Part shown: one piece after another, positions 27,213-39,127 of the stretch
Numbering within the stretch: position 1 is the stretch's first letter
Layout of the letters: each line of letters starts with the position of its first letter
Assembly (NCBI GenBank): GCA_964350645.1
Contig: CAYGJY010000001.1
Coordinates: forward strand, 78,316 to 142,315
Source: an uncultured Candidatus Saccharibacteria bacterium
Lineage (GTDB): Bacteria > Patescibacteriota > Minisyncoccia > Phycocordibacterales > UBA918
Reading direction: 5' to 3'
Length of the DNA: 64,000 nucleotides
Program-made: the position numbers and the translations under genes
The notes under the pieces: generated by a model
What the model saw: the letters and a program-made list of their open reading frames with translations, nothing else
Databases searched by the model: none
What the model was told of the DNA's origin: nothing

Positions 27213-28769
27213 ATGAATATGGAGGATTCGCACCTGCTCCCGTATGCGAGACGGGCTGACTTTCAGGTCGGAAGAGCCACAGATTTGACTGGAAAAGAAC
27301 GGCGGTTTTATCGTGCCCTTGAGATTTTGCCTGGCCTGGCGTCTTGGAGTACGTTGATTGGTGTGGTGTTATTGTCTATTTACGCACCGTTTGTGGCGGC
27401 GTATTTTATTATTGCTTTTGCGCTGTATTGGGTTTTAAAGACAGCGTTTCTATCGTACCACTTACGTTATAATTGGAAGCGGTTGCGTCACCACATGAGT
27501 CTTGACTGGCGGACACTCATTGACCGGTTTGCGTATGACCATTTTTATCACGTGGTTATTTTGCCATTTTACGAAGAATCAGAGTCAGTGATTGACGCGA
27601 CGCTTGCTTCATTTGCAGCCGCAAACTACGATAAAAAGAGCATTATAATTGTTTTGGCAGCTGAAGAACGTGCCGGAGAGCCGGCGCAACAAGTAGCTCG
27701 AGCAATGAAAGAAAAATACGGCTCTCTCTTTAGTACGTTTCTGGTTACGACGCACCCTAAGGACGTTCCTGGTGAAATGGCAGGGAAAGGATCAAATGCT
27801 TCATACGCGGCAGAGCAGGTGCGTACAAAAGTGCTTGATCCACACGGTATTCGATATAACCATACAATTGTTTCGATCTTTGATATTGATACGGTGATTT
27901 ACCCAGATTACTTCAATTGTCTCATCTGGCACTTTATGACGACTGAAAATCCACTGAAGAGTTCATTCCAACCGGTGCCGATTTTCAACAACAATATGTG
28001 GGATGCGCCAGCGATTTCCCGTGTGGTCGGTATGAGCAGTACTTTTTGGGAAATGGTGCAACAAGAACGTCCAGAACGAATGGCGACGTTTTCTTCTCAT
28101 GCCGTGAGTTTTAAAGCACTGCACGAAGTTGGTTATTGGCAACCGAACATGGTAAGTGAGGACTCACGGATTTACTGGAATCTAATGATTGCTAACAATG
28201 GTAAATTTGATGTGGTGCCGCTCTCGTACCCGGTATCGATGGATGCCAACGTCGGTAAAAATATTTGGCGGACGATTGTACAGATTTATAAACAACATCG
28301 CCGCTGGACGTATGGTGTCGAAAACTTTGTGTACCTGATGTATCACTTTAAGCAGAACAAAGCTATTCCACTTCGCCAGCGCATCGTCGTCGGTCTACAG
28401 CAAGCAGAAGGGTACTGGAGTTTAGTAACTAACCCAATCATGCTGTTTATTCTCGGTTGGGCTCCGATCTTTTTGGGTAGTCAGGAGTTTCATCAAACGG
28501 TGTTATCATATAATTTACCAATCATGGTTCGAGATTTGTTGATTCTGGCTATGTTTGGTTTGGTAGTTTCATCTATTATTTCTTTAACCCTTATCCCCGA
28601 ACGTCCACAAGAGAAGAGTCGATTGCGTTACATCGTTATGGCTGTTCAGTGGATTTTGGTACCGGCTACCATGATTATATTTAGTGCGATTCCAGGATTA
28701 GATGCACAGACTCGTCTTATGCTCGGGCGCTATATGGGCTTTTGGGTAACGCCAAAAATACGATCATAA
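27213..28769 (+). CDS. Processive family-2 glycosyltransferase (cellulose-synthase-like membrane beta-glycan synthase)
   Basis: Multiple TM segments flank a cytoplasmic GT2 core with 'FDIDTV' (DxD), 'SEDSRIY' and 'QHRRW' (QxxRW) motifs. Confidence 0.8.
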   Translation: MNMEDSHLLPYARRADFQVGRATDLTGKERRFYRALEILPGLASWSTLIGVVLLSIYAPFVAAYFIIAFALYWVLKTAFLSYHLRYNWKRLRHHMSLDWRTLIDRFAYDHFYHVVILPFYEESESVIDATLASFAAANYDKKSIIIVLAAEERAGEPAQQVARAMKEKYGSLFSTFLVTTHPKDVPGEMAGKGSNASYAAEQVRTKVLDPHGIRYNHTIVSIFDIDTVIYPDYFNCLIWHFMTTENPLKSSFQPVPIFNNNMWDAPAISRVVGMSSTFWEMVQQERPERMATFSSHAVSFKALHEVGYWQPNMVSEDSRIYWNLMIANNGKFDVVPLSYPVSMDANVGKNIWRTIVQIYKQHRRWTYGVENFVYLMYHFKQNKAIPLRQRIVVGLQQAEGYWSLVTNPIMLFILGWAPIFLGSQEFHQTVLSYNLPIMVRDLLILAMFGLVVSSIISLTLIPERPQEKSRLRYIVMAVQWILVPATMIIFSAIPGLDAQTRLMLGRYMGFWVTPKIRS

Positions 28770-28775
28770 CCACCT

Positions 28776-29936
28776 ATGACACCAACACCAGAAGTCAAAC
28801 CACTACCATACCAGCGCCGCCGATTATTATTTGGAACGCTGGTGTCATTGTTTGCGTTGTCGCTTCCAGTATTTATGTTTTATGCCATTGGCTATCGGTT
28901 CGATTTTTCAGACGAGACCACCAGTAGTATTGTTGGTACTGGCGGTATGTATGTAACAGCGGAATTGACTGATGCTGAAATTTTTATTAATGACGAACCA
29001 GTCAATGATATGCGTATTTTTCGGAGCGCTTCGTATATTCAAAATCTAAGTGATGGCGTACACAAAGTGGTGGTGCAGCGTGAGGGGGTACATACGTGGG
29101 TTAAGCAACTGTCAGTCTTCCCCCATATCGTAACTGAAGCGCAATCGTTCAATATGCCAGTACGGCCGCAGGTACGTTTGGTTACACCATATCTTACGAT
29201 AGCAAATGAGTCAGTTCTTTTTGTAGCAACAACGAGTGAAACTGTATTACCATTTGCTTCGACTACCAACGTATTTTATAAAGCGACTTCGACGGCAACA
29301 TCTACATATAGAATAAATCCAGAGTATGAATTCGTTGAAGCTCTATTTGCATCAACAACTGCGACTAGTAGCGGTATTGTCGGGCGAGTGATCACTGAAG
29401 TGGAGCAAGCTTTTCAGTTTAGCAGCACTGTTAGTACATCGTCGATCGAAACTGCAACTGATACAGTAGCAATACGTGATGTCACGTTATATCGTCAGGG
29501 TGCTGAGGTGCGGGCTCGTTATGGCGGTAATCTTAAAGACATCCCATATTATTATTGCGTTGATTACGTGTCTGCCACTTCAACAAAAGAACGCTATGGC
29601 GAGCATGTGTATGATGCGATTGATTCAATTGTAACAGGGACATCAACCGAAGGTATTTTATTGCAGAATGGTCGGACGTTGATTTGTCGCACTGAGATTA
29701 AACTTGACGACAAACGACAGTCTGTCTATGATTTTGATTTTTTCCCAAATAACGCTGATTTAGTTTTACTTCTCCTTGAAGACGGTTTATACGTGGGTGA
29801 GATTGATGATCGTTCGTGGCAAAATACACAGCTTTTGTATCCGGGTACACAGCTACAATTTATAGTCGATGGTGGTCAGATTTATATACGAGACGGTACA
29901 TCGTACATCGAAGTCTTAACAGTGCTGCCAGAATAA
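28776..29936 (+). CDS. Single-pass membrane protein with PEGA-like extracytoplasmic domain, downstream partner of the GT2 synthase
   Basis: N-terminal TM (LLFGTLVSLFALSLPVFMFYAIG). 'AEIFINDEPV..GVHKVVVQREGVHTWVKQLSVFP' is a PEGA-like beta-sandwich pattern. Confidence 0.6.
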   Translation: MTPTPEVKPLPYQRRRLLFGTLVSLFALSLPVFMFYAIGYRFDFSDETTSSIVGTGGMYVTAELTDAEIFINDEPVNDMRIFRSASYIQNLSDGVHKVVVQREGVHTWVKQLSVFPHIVTEAQSFNMPVRPQVRLVTPYLTIANESVLFVATTSETVLPFASTTNVFYKATSTATSTYRINPEYEFVEALFASTTATSSGIVGRVITEVEQAFQFSSTVSTSSIETATDTVAIRDVTLYRQGAEVRARYGGNLKDIPYYYCVDYVSATSTKERYGEHVYDAIDSIVTGTSTEGILLQNGRTLICRTEIKLDDKRQSVYDFDFFPNNADLVLLLLEDGLYVGEIDDRSWQNTQLLYPGTQLQFIVDGGQIYIRDGTSYIEVLTVLPE

Positions 29937-29971
29937 GCACGGCTCAGACTTTTGTAGTAGTATATTTATTC

Positions 29972-30700
29972 ATGGATGATTCAAGTACTAAGGGACACAA
30001 ACACCCACTTTCGCAGATGATTGCAGAAATCAATAGTATTTTTGCAGAAATCGGATTTGTCTTTGCTGAAGGCCCCGAAGCTGAAACAGAACATTATAAT
30101 TTTGATCAGCTCAACTTTCCCCCAGAACACCCAGCGCGTGACATGCAGGATACGTTTTTCTTCAAACGTGGTGATACGACTGAGCCGATGGTACTGCGTA
30201 CACATACCAGTCCAGTTCAGAGTCGTTACATGGAAAACCATGAGCCACCAATCCGGGTCATCGTGCCAGGTAAGGTCTTCCGCAACGAAGCGACTGATGC
30301 GACTCATGAAGCCCAGTTCCACCAGCTCGAAGGTCTGTATGTTGATGAGGGTGTACACCTGGGACATCTTAAGGGCACGCTCGAATATTTCTTTTCAAAG
30401 TTTTTCAGTGGGGAAACTGAAGTACGGTTTCGACCGAGCTTCTTTCCGTTTGTTGAACCAGGAGTTGAAGTTGATATGATGCTCAAAAATAGCGACAGCA
30501 AGCTAGCTAACAAATGGATCGAAATCATGGGAGCTGGGATGGTGCATCCAAATGTGCTCGAAGCTGCGGGAATTGATCATACTAAGTACTCGGGCTTTGC
30601 GTTTGGGATGGGAATTGATCGACTAGCGGTGATGAAATATGGTATTAGTGATATTCGAGATATGTATTCAGGTGACTTACGCTTCGTTAACCAATTTTAA
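29972..30700 (+). CDS. pheS: Phenylalanine--tRNA ligase alpha subunit (short form)
   Basis: 'FDQLNFPPEHPARDMQDTFF' and 'FRPSFFPFVEPGVEVD' class II motifs. Start at the internal ATG 29972 to avoid overlap with the upstream gene. Confidence 0.85.
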   Translation: MDDSSTKGHKHPLSQMIAEINSIFAEIGFVFAEGPEAETEHYNFDQLNFPPEHPARDMQDTFFFKRGDTTEPMVLRTHTSPVQSRYMENHEPPIRVIVPGKVFRNEATDATHEAQFHQLEGLYVDEGVHLGHLKGTLEYFFSKFFSGETEVRFRPSFFPFVEPGVEVDMMLKNSDSKLANKWIEIMGAGMVHPNVLEAAGIDHTKYSGFAFGMGIDRLAVMKYGISDIRDMYSGDLRFVNQF

Positions 30701-30702
30701 AT

Positions 30703-32640
30703 ATGAAAGTTTCACACAATTGGCTAAAAGAGTATTTAGGTGATACTGCGCCAGCGCCACAAGCGATGGCCGATTTATTGACATTTCATGCATTTGAAAT
30801 TGACGAGATTGTCGAGAAGGACGATGACACAGTCATCGATATCGATATTTTGCCGAATCGATCATCTGACTGTTTGTGTCATCGTGGCATAGCACGCGAA
30901 GTTGCTTCAATCATGAAGACACCGCTGGCACACGATCCGTTGTCGGTCGCACCACAGTTACCGGGGTTTACTAATATTGAGGTTGAAATAGAAAGTGCTG
31001 AAATCTGCCCCCGTTTCACAGCTACTCTTCTCACTGGAATTGAAGTGAAAGAATCGCCAGCGTGGCTTCAAGCACGTTTACAAGTAATTGGACAACGGCC
31101 AATCAATAATATCGTCGACGCTACAAACTATGTGATGTTTGCTCTTGGTCAACCACTGCACGCCTATGATGCCGATCTGTTTCCGCAAGTTGATGGTATA
31201 TGGAAGTTTGGTGTACGTACAGCCACTTCAGGTGAGACAGTCAGTCTCTTGGCAGAAGGTGGCAAAGATGAAGATCGAGTAATTGAACTTAGCGGCGGTG
31301 AAGTGTTGGTGGTTGATAGTTCGTCCAATACACCGATTGGACTAGCCGGAGTAAAAGGGGGTCGTTTTGCAGGGGTACATGCTGGTACGACTAAAGTAAT
31401 CATCGAAGCCGCTCACTGGAATCCACTTATAACTCGCAAAACTGCCCGCGGTCTTGGCATTGTTATTGACGCAAGTAAGCGTTTTGAAAATGAACCCTCA
31501 CGCGAATTGCCGCCCTACGCGCAAGCTGAAATTATCAAGCTCATCATAGTCATAGCCGGGGGCGTGTGTGAAGGGTATGTTGATACATTTTTGGAAGAAA
31601 AATCGAACCCAGCAGTAGCTGTTTCAGTAGACAAAGCTAATGCGCTGCTTGGATTGTCACTGAACCAAGTAGAGATGGTAGAACTCCTCACCAGCGCGGG
31701 TTGTCAGTGTACTGGTGTAGAGGGAACGATCACTGCTGTTGGACCTTTTGAACGAACTGACTTATTGATTGAAGAAGATTTCATTGAGGAGATTGGGCGA
31801 CTTTACGGGTACGACAAAGTGGCTTCAGTGGTGCCAGCAACTGTGCCACTGCAAGAGTTAAACGTTCGCCACTACTACAGTGAGAAGATCCGGACCGCAC
31901 TAATTAGGCAAGGCTTCTCGGAAGTAATTACATCGTCGTTTCGTAAAAAAGATGAGGTTGCGCTTTACAATGCACTTGCAAGCGACAAAGGGTGCATGCG
32001 GTCGTCATTGGTGAAAAATATTTCTGAGGCCCTCGAACGCAATGTAGGTTTTGCAGATTTGCTTGGGGCTACAGATACACGGATTTTTGAGATTGGGACT
32101 GTGTTTAAAAAAGGTGGGGAGTATGGCGTGACTGAGCATATGTCGTTGTGTGTGGGCGTACGTACGAAAGGGAAGGCGTACAGCAAGACTGATGATGTCG
32201 TTCTCGAAGCAGTTATTGCTGAGTTGACCAATGATCTCGATGCTAGTCTTAGTTTTGATATTTTTGATGGAGTGGCAGAGCTTAATCTGACTGAATTAAT
32301 CGCAGTTTTACCGGTGCCGGCAGCGTACGATCCCATTTTGGTCGCAACTGAGATTCAGTATCAGCCATATTCGACCTACCCACACGTCAGTCGTGATATT
32401 GCCCTCTGGGTAAGCGACGAGACTGCAGTGGAGAGCGTGATCGAGGTCATTGATCAGTCAGCTGGGGAGTTGCATGTGCTCACGACGCAATTTGATGAAT
32501 TTAGTAAAGACGGCCGAACGTCGTACGCTTTTCGTCTTGTGTTTCAGTCACACGAAAAAACGCTCACCGATGAAATGGTAAACGCTGACATGGAAGCGGT
32601 GTATGAAGCCGTGAAGAACGAAGGTTGGGAGGTCCGGTAA
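30703..32640 (+). CDS. pheT: Phenylalanine--tRNA ligase beta subunit (short, 645 aa)
   Basis: 'MKVSHNWLKEYL' N-terminus; B3/B4 and B5 regions; C-terminal FDX-ACB-like region. Confidence 0.85.
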   Translation: MKVSHNWLKEYLGDTAPAPQAMADLLTFHAFEIDEIVEKDDDTVIDIDILPNRSSDCLCHRGIAREVASIMKTPLAHDPLSVAPQLPGFTNIEVEIESAEICPRFTATLLTGIEVKESPAWLQARLQVIGQRPINNIVDATNYVMFALGQPLHAYDADLFPQVDGIWKFGVRTATSGETVSLLAEGGKDEDRVIELSGGEVLVVDSSSNTPIGLAGVKGGRFAGVHAGTTKVIIEAAHWNPLITRKTARGLGIVIDASKRFENEPSRELPPYAQAEIIKLIIVIAGGVCEGYVDTFLEEKSNPAVAVSVDKANALLGLSLNQVEMVELLTSAGCQCTGVEGTITAVGPFERTDLLIEEDFIEEIGRLYGYDKVASVVPATVPLQELNVRHYYSEKIRTALIRQGFSEVITSSFRKKDEVALYNALASDKGCMRSSLVKNISEALERNVGFADLLGATDTRIFEIGTVFKKGGEYGVTEHMSLCVGVRTKGKAYSKTDDVVLEAVIAELTNDLDASLSFDIFDGVAELNLTELIAVLPVPAAYDPILVATEIQYQPYSTYPHVSRDIALWVSDETAVESVIEVIDQSAGELHVLTTQFDEFSKDGRTSYAFRLVFQSHEKTLTDEMVNADMEAVYEAVKNEGWEVR

Positions 32641-32675
32641 GTTTGAGAAGGGGCAGTGCATGAGTCTGTCCCCGC

Positions 32676-32834
32676 TCACTCTTTTTCAACCGCTCCTTCC
32701 GTGTCGGTTTTTTTCTCCCAGCGGAGGAAGTCCCCTTTGGGGTTGAAAACTGCTACCTCGCCAGGGCGAGGAGCGCGATGCCCGAAGTGGCCGACTTCTT
32801 GTTGATAGATGGGAAGATGCCTTTCTGGTTTCAT
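32676..32834 (-). CDS. Small hypothetical protein (about 52 aa) with canonical AAGGAG Shine-Dalgarno; missed by the >=60-aa ORF track
   Basis: Manual translation of the minus strand gives MKPERHLPIYQQEVGHFGHRAPRPGEVAVFNPKGDFLRWEKKTDTEGAVEKE. A gaaAGGAGccagtaATG ribosome-binding site precedes it. Local GC (about 58%) is above the genome background. Coordinates are approximate (+/-2). Confidence 0.4.
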   Translation of the reverse strand: MKPERHLPIYQQEVGHFGHRAPRPGEVAVFNPKGDFLRWEKKTDTEGAVEKE

Positions 32835-32989
32835 TACTGGCTCCTTTCTGCGACCAGAGTACTCTCTGGATAAATGGTTGGCAAGTGATGCTGATAATCA
32901 CTTGGTCGTTCTTCAAGAGCAATATTTGAATATAAAAAACTCAGGAGGCGGTGCACTAATATTCTTATATTAGCGCACCACTCCAAAAG

Positions 32990-33259
32990 TTATTCCCCCC
33001 GTTTCCTTTTCCTGGCACGACCGTTTTTGGTTGTGCCCGGATTTACTGGCACAAACTCAAAGATCTTAGATATTGGTGACCCACGCCGTCGCATATAGCG
33101 CCTCGCAAAACGCTGGCTAGGATGCAGGATACCAGTCACTCCGCGAATCGTTACTTCTGTAAAGGCTTTAGGCCTGAGGGATTTTAATCCCTTGGTGCGG
33201 AAGTAGAGAGGTGGCTGAGACCCCTTGATTGCGATGACGAACATCAGTGATTTTGTCAT
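32990..33259 (-). CDS. Small basic (Arg/Lys-rich) hypothetical protein, about 90 aa
   Basis: The internal ATG (MTKSLMFVIAIKG..) is preceded by a strong AAGGAGGA Shine-Dalgarno; the track's TTG start is 17 codons upstream. The C-terminus 'NGRARKRKRGE' suggests nucleic-acid binding. No family was recognised. Confidence 0.5.
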   Translation of the reverse strand: MTKSLMFVIAIKGSQPPLYFRTKGLKSLRPKAFTEVTIRGVTGILHPSQRFARRYMRRRGSPISKIFEFVPVNPGTTKNGRARKRKRGE

Positions 33260-33354
33260 TGAACTCCTCCTTTTCACACGAAATCTAGCAATAATTTGTG
33301 AAACTAGCAAGTCAAAATATCTGTTATAATAACCGCATTATTTCTTAACAGTAG

Positions 33355-35433
<2,079 letters not shown>

Positions 35434-35576
35434 AGAAATAAGAAGCAGCACGGCTGTGGCTATATTTCTCTTGTGCAAATCAGTGAAATTTTCTGAACCT
35501 GTGATAGGTCTGAAAATGAACATGATCTTACTTAGCCAGCCATACTTACTTTGTAAGGGCAAAATAAAATAACACA

Positions 35577-35610
35577 AACGGCCGGTCCCTCTGGGGCCGG
35601 CCGTTTGTTA
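35577..35610. terminator. Bidirectional terminator between gyrB (+) and 35626..36750 (-)
   Basis: aacggccggtccc-tct-ggggccggccgttt flanked by A-rich and T-rich runs. Confidence 0.75.
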
Positions 35611-35625
35611 TATGGAGAGTGATTA

Positions 35626-36750
35626 TTATTCAACAACACTGACAGCCCAGGTAAAGCTGTTGTTGGTGCTGTTTACGTCGCTACCACCGCGGACGGTGAC
35701 ACCGATCAGGTTGATACCGTTCTCACCAACATTGTCATAGCCAAGGGTGAAGAGGACGCGCTCTTGTGGCTTCAGTGGAGTTTGCGCAGGGGCATCGTAT
35801 TCAGTACCAGAGGTAAGCATTGCTTTAAAGTCCCACGCAGTTGAAGTTTTGGTACCGATGTTGCGCACTTCGAACTGGAAGGCACCACGAGCGTCATTGT
35901 CGACATTTGCACGTGGAATAAAGTTTCCGTTACTGGCGAGGTGACCGACGGCGACGAGACGCACTGCGAGATCAGTTCGGCCATTTGGGTCAGATACGGG
36001 TGTTTCCATCACTACTGTTTCAATCACAGTTGGTGCTGGCGGCAGTGGCGTACTGACTTCTGGTTCTGGTTCAGGATCAACTTCGGTCGATTCACCGGCT
36101 ACTTCTGGTTTAGGAGTATCTTCCGATTCGTCCTCGCCTTCAGTTGATTCGTCGATTGCAACAGTATCGCCATCAGGAATACTGGGGTTGATAACAGTTA
36201 TAGAATTACTGGAGATAGTCACTGGCTCGGCTTCTCCCTGGCGGAAGTAAGCGATAGCGTACTCGACGTCGCTCATTCGCTCGCGTTCTGAATCAATCAT
36301 AACTTCTAGCGATGTCATCTTGTTGCCAAGGGTGACTGAGTCGTTACAAGGTACGAGAGTTGGACTGCCAGTGTTTTCAGTGATAGTCACGGCAACACCA
36401 TCAGTACACGTGTACATAAAGGTATATGCACCAGAGCCAGGGATACTGGTCCAGTTAATCATGAAGGAGTCACCTGACATGACTGAGCTATTGTCAGTTG
36501 AGACGGTTAGCTCAGGAGTACCGTTGGCGTTGTAGACACCGTCAGCGATTGATGCCAGCGAGGTGAAAGCCTGAGGCATGAGACTAACGATTTGCACCGC
36601 GAGCCAGACACCGAGAATGATCACGGCCATAAATCCGAAGATAGCAAGCGTTTTCATTAGTCGGTCTTTTTGTGAATCGTGTACCTGGTTCATAAAAAAG
36701 TTGAAAATAATAATCTTCACCACGGTGATGTCTCCCGTTGCAACAAACAC
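35626..36750 (-). CDS. Membrane-anchored secreted protein of unknown function (N-terminal TM, acidic E/P-rich linker)
   Basis: 374-aa ORF with TM 'LAIFGFMAVIILGVWLAVQIV' and linker 'EGEDESEDTPKPEVAGESTEVDPEPEPEV'. The true start is probably an internal Met (MNQVHD.. at about 36693 or MKTLAIF at about 36657). Confidence 0.65.
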   Translation of the reverse strand: MFVATGDITVVKIIIFNFFMNQVHDSQKDRLMKTLAIFGFMAVIILGVWLAVQIVSLMPQAFTSLASIADGVYNANGTPELTVSTDNSSVMSGDSFMINWTSIPGSGAYTFMYTCTDGVAVTITENTGSPTLVPCNDSVTLGNKMTSLEVMIDSERERMSDVEYAIAYFRQGEAEPVTISSNSITVINPSIPDGDTVAIDESTEGEDESEDTPKPEVAGESTEVDPEPEPEVSTPLPPAPTVIETVVMETPVSDPNGRTDLAVRLVAVGHLASNGNFIPRANVDNDARGAFQFEVRNIGTKTSTAWDFKAMLTSGTEYDAPAQTPLKPQERVLFTLGYDNVGENGINLIGVTVRGGSDVNSTNNSFTWAVSVVE

Positions 36751-36871
36751 CTACCCGTGTGATCGAAGTAGGGGAATGAGCGACATACATTGGAGAACAA
36801 GCCACTGGGGCAAATAACTCCATGATCATATCACACTATAAGCTAATGTCAAGTAATTATAGGCGTATTGT

Positions 36872-36899
36872 TTGACAAATAGATTATTGTATGTATAAT
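36872..36899 (+). promoter_or_regulatory. Sigma70-like promoter for the sortase gene (TTGACA-16nt-TATAAT)
   Basis: Perfect consensus hexamers about 43 nt upstream of ATG 36943. Confidence 0.55.
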
Positions 36900-36942
36900 A
36901 TTTCGAATCTATGTTAGTCTAATTCGGCTAACCAGACACTGT

Positions 36943-37698
36943 ATGTATTCACTTGAACGATTATTTGATCGAATGTGGGCCCGCAAGCTACCGTTTTTCG
37001 GAGTTTTTTTTGTGGTGGTTTTATTGACCTACACCGTGCTGTTTATTATTGATTTTATCCCAGAACCAATTTCTGATACCGATGAAGTGAATTCTGACGG
37101 TGTTGTAGCGGTTGTTGAAACGAACGGTGAACCGTTTAGTATTGAAGCGGCTGATATTCCGGCGGTTGAGCCGCTTACTGTTGGGACGACATCTGAAACT
37201 GAAACGACCATTGCGGTCGTGCCAGCTACCGGTGACAGCCAACCTCTCCCGCCAGCAGAAGTGTTGCCAACTAAGATTATTATTGAAAAATTAGCCAAAG
37301 AAGTGACGGTATTAAACCCCCAAGAACGTGACATCCCGTCACTTGATGCCGCGCTTTTAAGTGGTGTGGTGCGTCACCCTGACTCAGCCGACTTCAGTGA
37401 ACCAGGAAATATCTTTATTTTAGGCCATTCCAGCTACTTGCCAAACGTGTTTAATAAGAATTTCCAGGCGTTTAATGGCATCCAAGAGCTCGATTGGGGG
37501 GATAAGATTCAGCTGCAGTCAGCCGGAAAGGAATACACCTACTTTGTCGAAGAGGTGTATAAAGCTGCTGCTGCAGATGTAATTGTCCCGATGACTCCGG
37601 GGAAATCTCGCCTAACTTTGGCGACCTGCAATAGTTTTGGTTCAAAAGATGATCGCTTTATCGTTGAGGCCAAGCTCGTGTCTGAACGGATACTGTAA
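36943..37698 (+). CDS. srt: Sortase (transpeptidase) with N-terminal TM
   Basis: 'NIFILGHSSY' (His), 'LTLATCNSFGS' (TLxTC Cys) and a downstream Arg in 'DRFIVEAK'; N-terminal hydrophobic anchor. Confidence 0.8.
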   Translation: MYSLERLFDRMWARKLPFFGVFFVVVLLTYTVLFIIDFIPEPISDTDEVNSDGVVAVVETNGEPFSIEAADIPAVEPLTVGTTSETETTIAVVPATGDSQPLPPAEVLPTKIIIEKLAKEVTVLNPQERDIPSLDAALLSGVVRHPDSADFSEPGNIFILGHSSYLPNVFNKNFQAFNGIQELDWGDKIQLQSAGKEYTYFVEEVYKAAAADVIVPMTPGKSRLTLATCNSFGSKDDRFIVEAKLVSERIL

Positions 37699-38215
37699 TG
37701 AACCGTAGCTAGTTTCGGTTGTACCTTTCTAAGCCCGCTCCTTAGGCTCAGAAACCAGTAACCCAAACTAAACAGAGATTAGGCAAGACTATTGACTTTT
37801 GTCAACTTTTCTGCTATGATTGTGGTCAATTCTGTTCTTGTGGCACACTGTACCTGGTTGCAGTAGATGTGCTCAGATCTCCTTATTTTACAACTCGATA
37901 GCCAGCTTAGTGCTCGGAAATCATCCGTGGATGATCCGAGGTTTCTTAGTACCAAGCTCGCTGCCGTGATGTTGCTCAGTGGAGTAACAGGCAGATGGAC
38001 GAACTGATCTTTGTCATTAAAGAACAGGTTATTGGAAACGGAAAAGACGGGGGCCAGTGTGCAGGGAAACTTGCCTTCTTGGCACACTGGCCCCCGTCTA
38101 CCTCCTCAACGGGTACCCGAAAGGGAATCCCGTGAGGGATCGGCTACGACTTTTGTTGTATTTGACTTCCACCCCGGCCGGCGCTTCGCGCCGGCCAAAC
38201 CGAAAGGACTAAGGC

Positions 38216-39031
38216 ATGAAACTGCACCTCGCGGCCCTCGCGGCCGCTTTCACCCTCGCCACCGCCGGCTTGCCGGCGTTGGCGCAGACCGCCGTCGGCA
38301 CGGTTATCACCGCGCCGGCTCCCGCTCCGACAGAGCCCGACGAAATGGGCTACGTCGGGAAGGACGTAGCCGCCAGGGTCGACCTGGTGGTCGAGCTCCT
38401 GGATCTCGGAGCTTTCTGCGACCCCACCGTGAAGGCGACGGAGGTCCAGTACACCATCGGCGGACGCACCTTCAAGGTTGCGTTCACCGGCGGGAAGCTC
38501 GTCGCCGGAAGCAAGGAGGTCGACTATATCTGTCCGCTCTCCTTTGCCCCGGCCGACTGGGCCGCGGCGGACTGGGCCGAAGCCCACTTCACTGACCGCC
38601 TGCACGACCGGGTCTTCTTCACCGAAGGGGATCTGAAGACGTGCATGCTGCCGGGCATCGCCGACGGTCTGCGTCAGACGGGTCCGGAATTCTTCGACGG
38701 TTTCTCGGTCCACAACCACGACGGCGATGCGATCGTGAAGGCCTTCATCGACGGCCGGGCCAATCTCATGACCTGGCGGTGCGAAAGCACCGACGGGAAA
38801 CGCCGCTACCTCATGATCGAGGCGAAGTTTTGCCCCACCGGTTGCGGGGGGGCGGACTTCATCTGGCTCCACGCCAGCAAGAGCGAGCGGCGGGCTGCCA
38901 AGCCCGCCGCCGCACTGAAAGAAGAGAAGGACGTGTGCCCAGCATCGGGCCCATGCCCGTCACCGGGTGACCCGGTGACGCCGCCGGCGGCGAATGATCG
39001 CCTCAAGTTCAGCTGCTGCAAGGGCGGTTGA
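38216..39031 (+). CDS. Secreted Cys-rich protein of unknown function, encoded in the high-GC island
   Basis: Signal peptide MKLHLAALAAAFTLATAGLPALA; 12 Cys including the C-terminal 'KFSCCKGG'; RBS aaAGGActaaggcATG. Confidence 0.7.
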   Translation: MKLHLAALAAAFTLATAGLPALAQTAVGTVITAPAPAPTEPDEMGYVGKDVAARVDLVVELLDLGAFCDPTVKATEVQYTIGGRTFKVAFTGGKLVAGSKEVDYICPLSFAPADWAAADWAEAHFTDRLHDRVFFTEGDLKTCMLPGIADGLRQTGPEFFDGFSVHNHDGDAIVKAFIDGRANLMTWRCESTDGKRRYLMIEAKFCPTGCGGADFIWLHASKSERRAAKPAAALKEEKDVCPASGPCPSPGDPVTPPAANDRLKFSCCKGG

Positions 39032-39127
39032 ACGGAGCTCTGCGGGCCGGAACATTCACCGGCCCGCAGCAGACTATTTGTTAAATCCTTGCATCAACCA
39101 CAACCAACAGCCAAGGGGTAAAAAACC

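Noticed and set aside
32686-32922. 78-aa minus-strand ORF from the track between pheT and gyrB
   Set aside because: Low-complexity, Arg/Ser/Pro-rich and without an RBS. The overlapping 52-aa ORF in another frame has a canonical AAGGAG SD and is preferred.
37700-38100. tmRNA / RNase P RNA / SRP RNA in the ORF-free stretch upstream of the island
   Set aside because: None of the hallmark motifs were found: GGAAAGTCCGGGCTCC for RNase P, a tRNA-like GGTTCGANTCC 3' end for tmRNA, GGAAGCAGCC for 4.5S. Not excluded, but unsupported.
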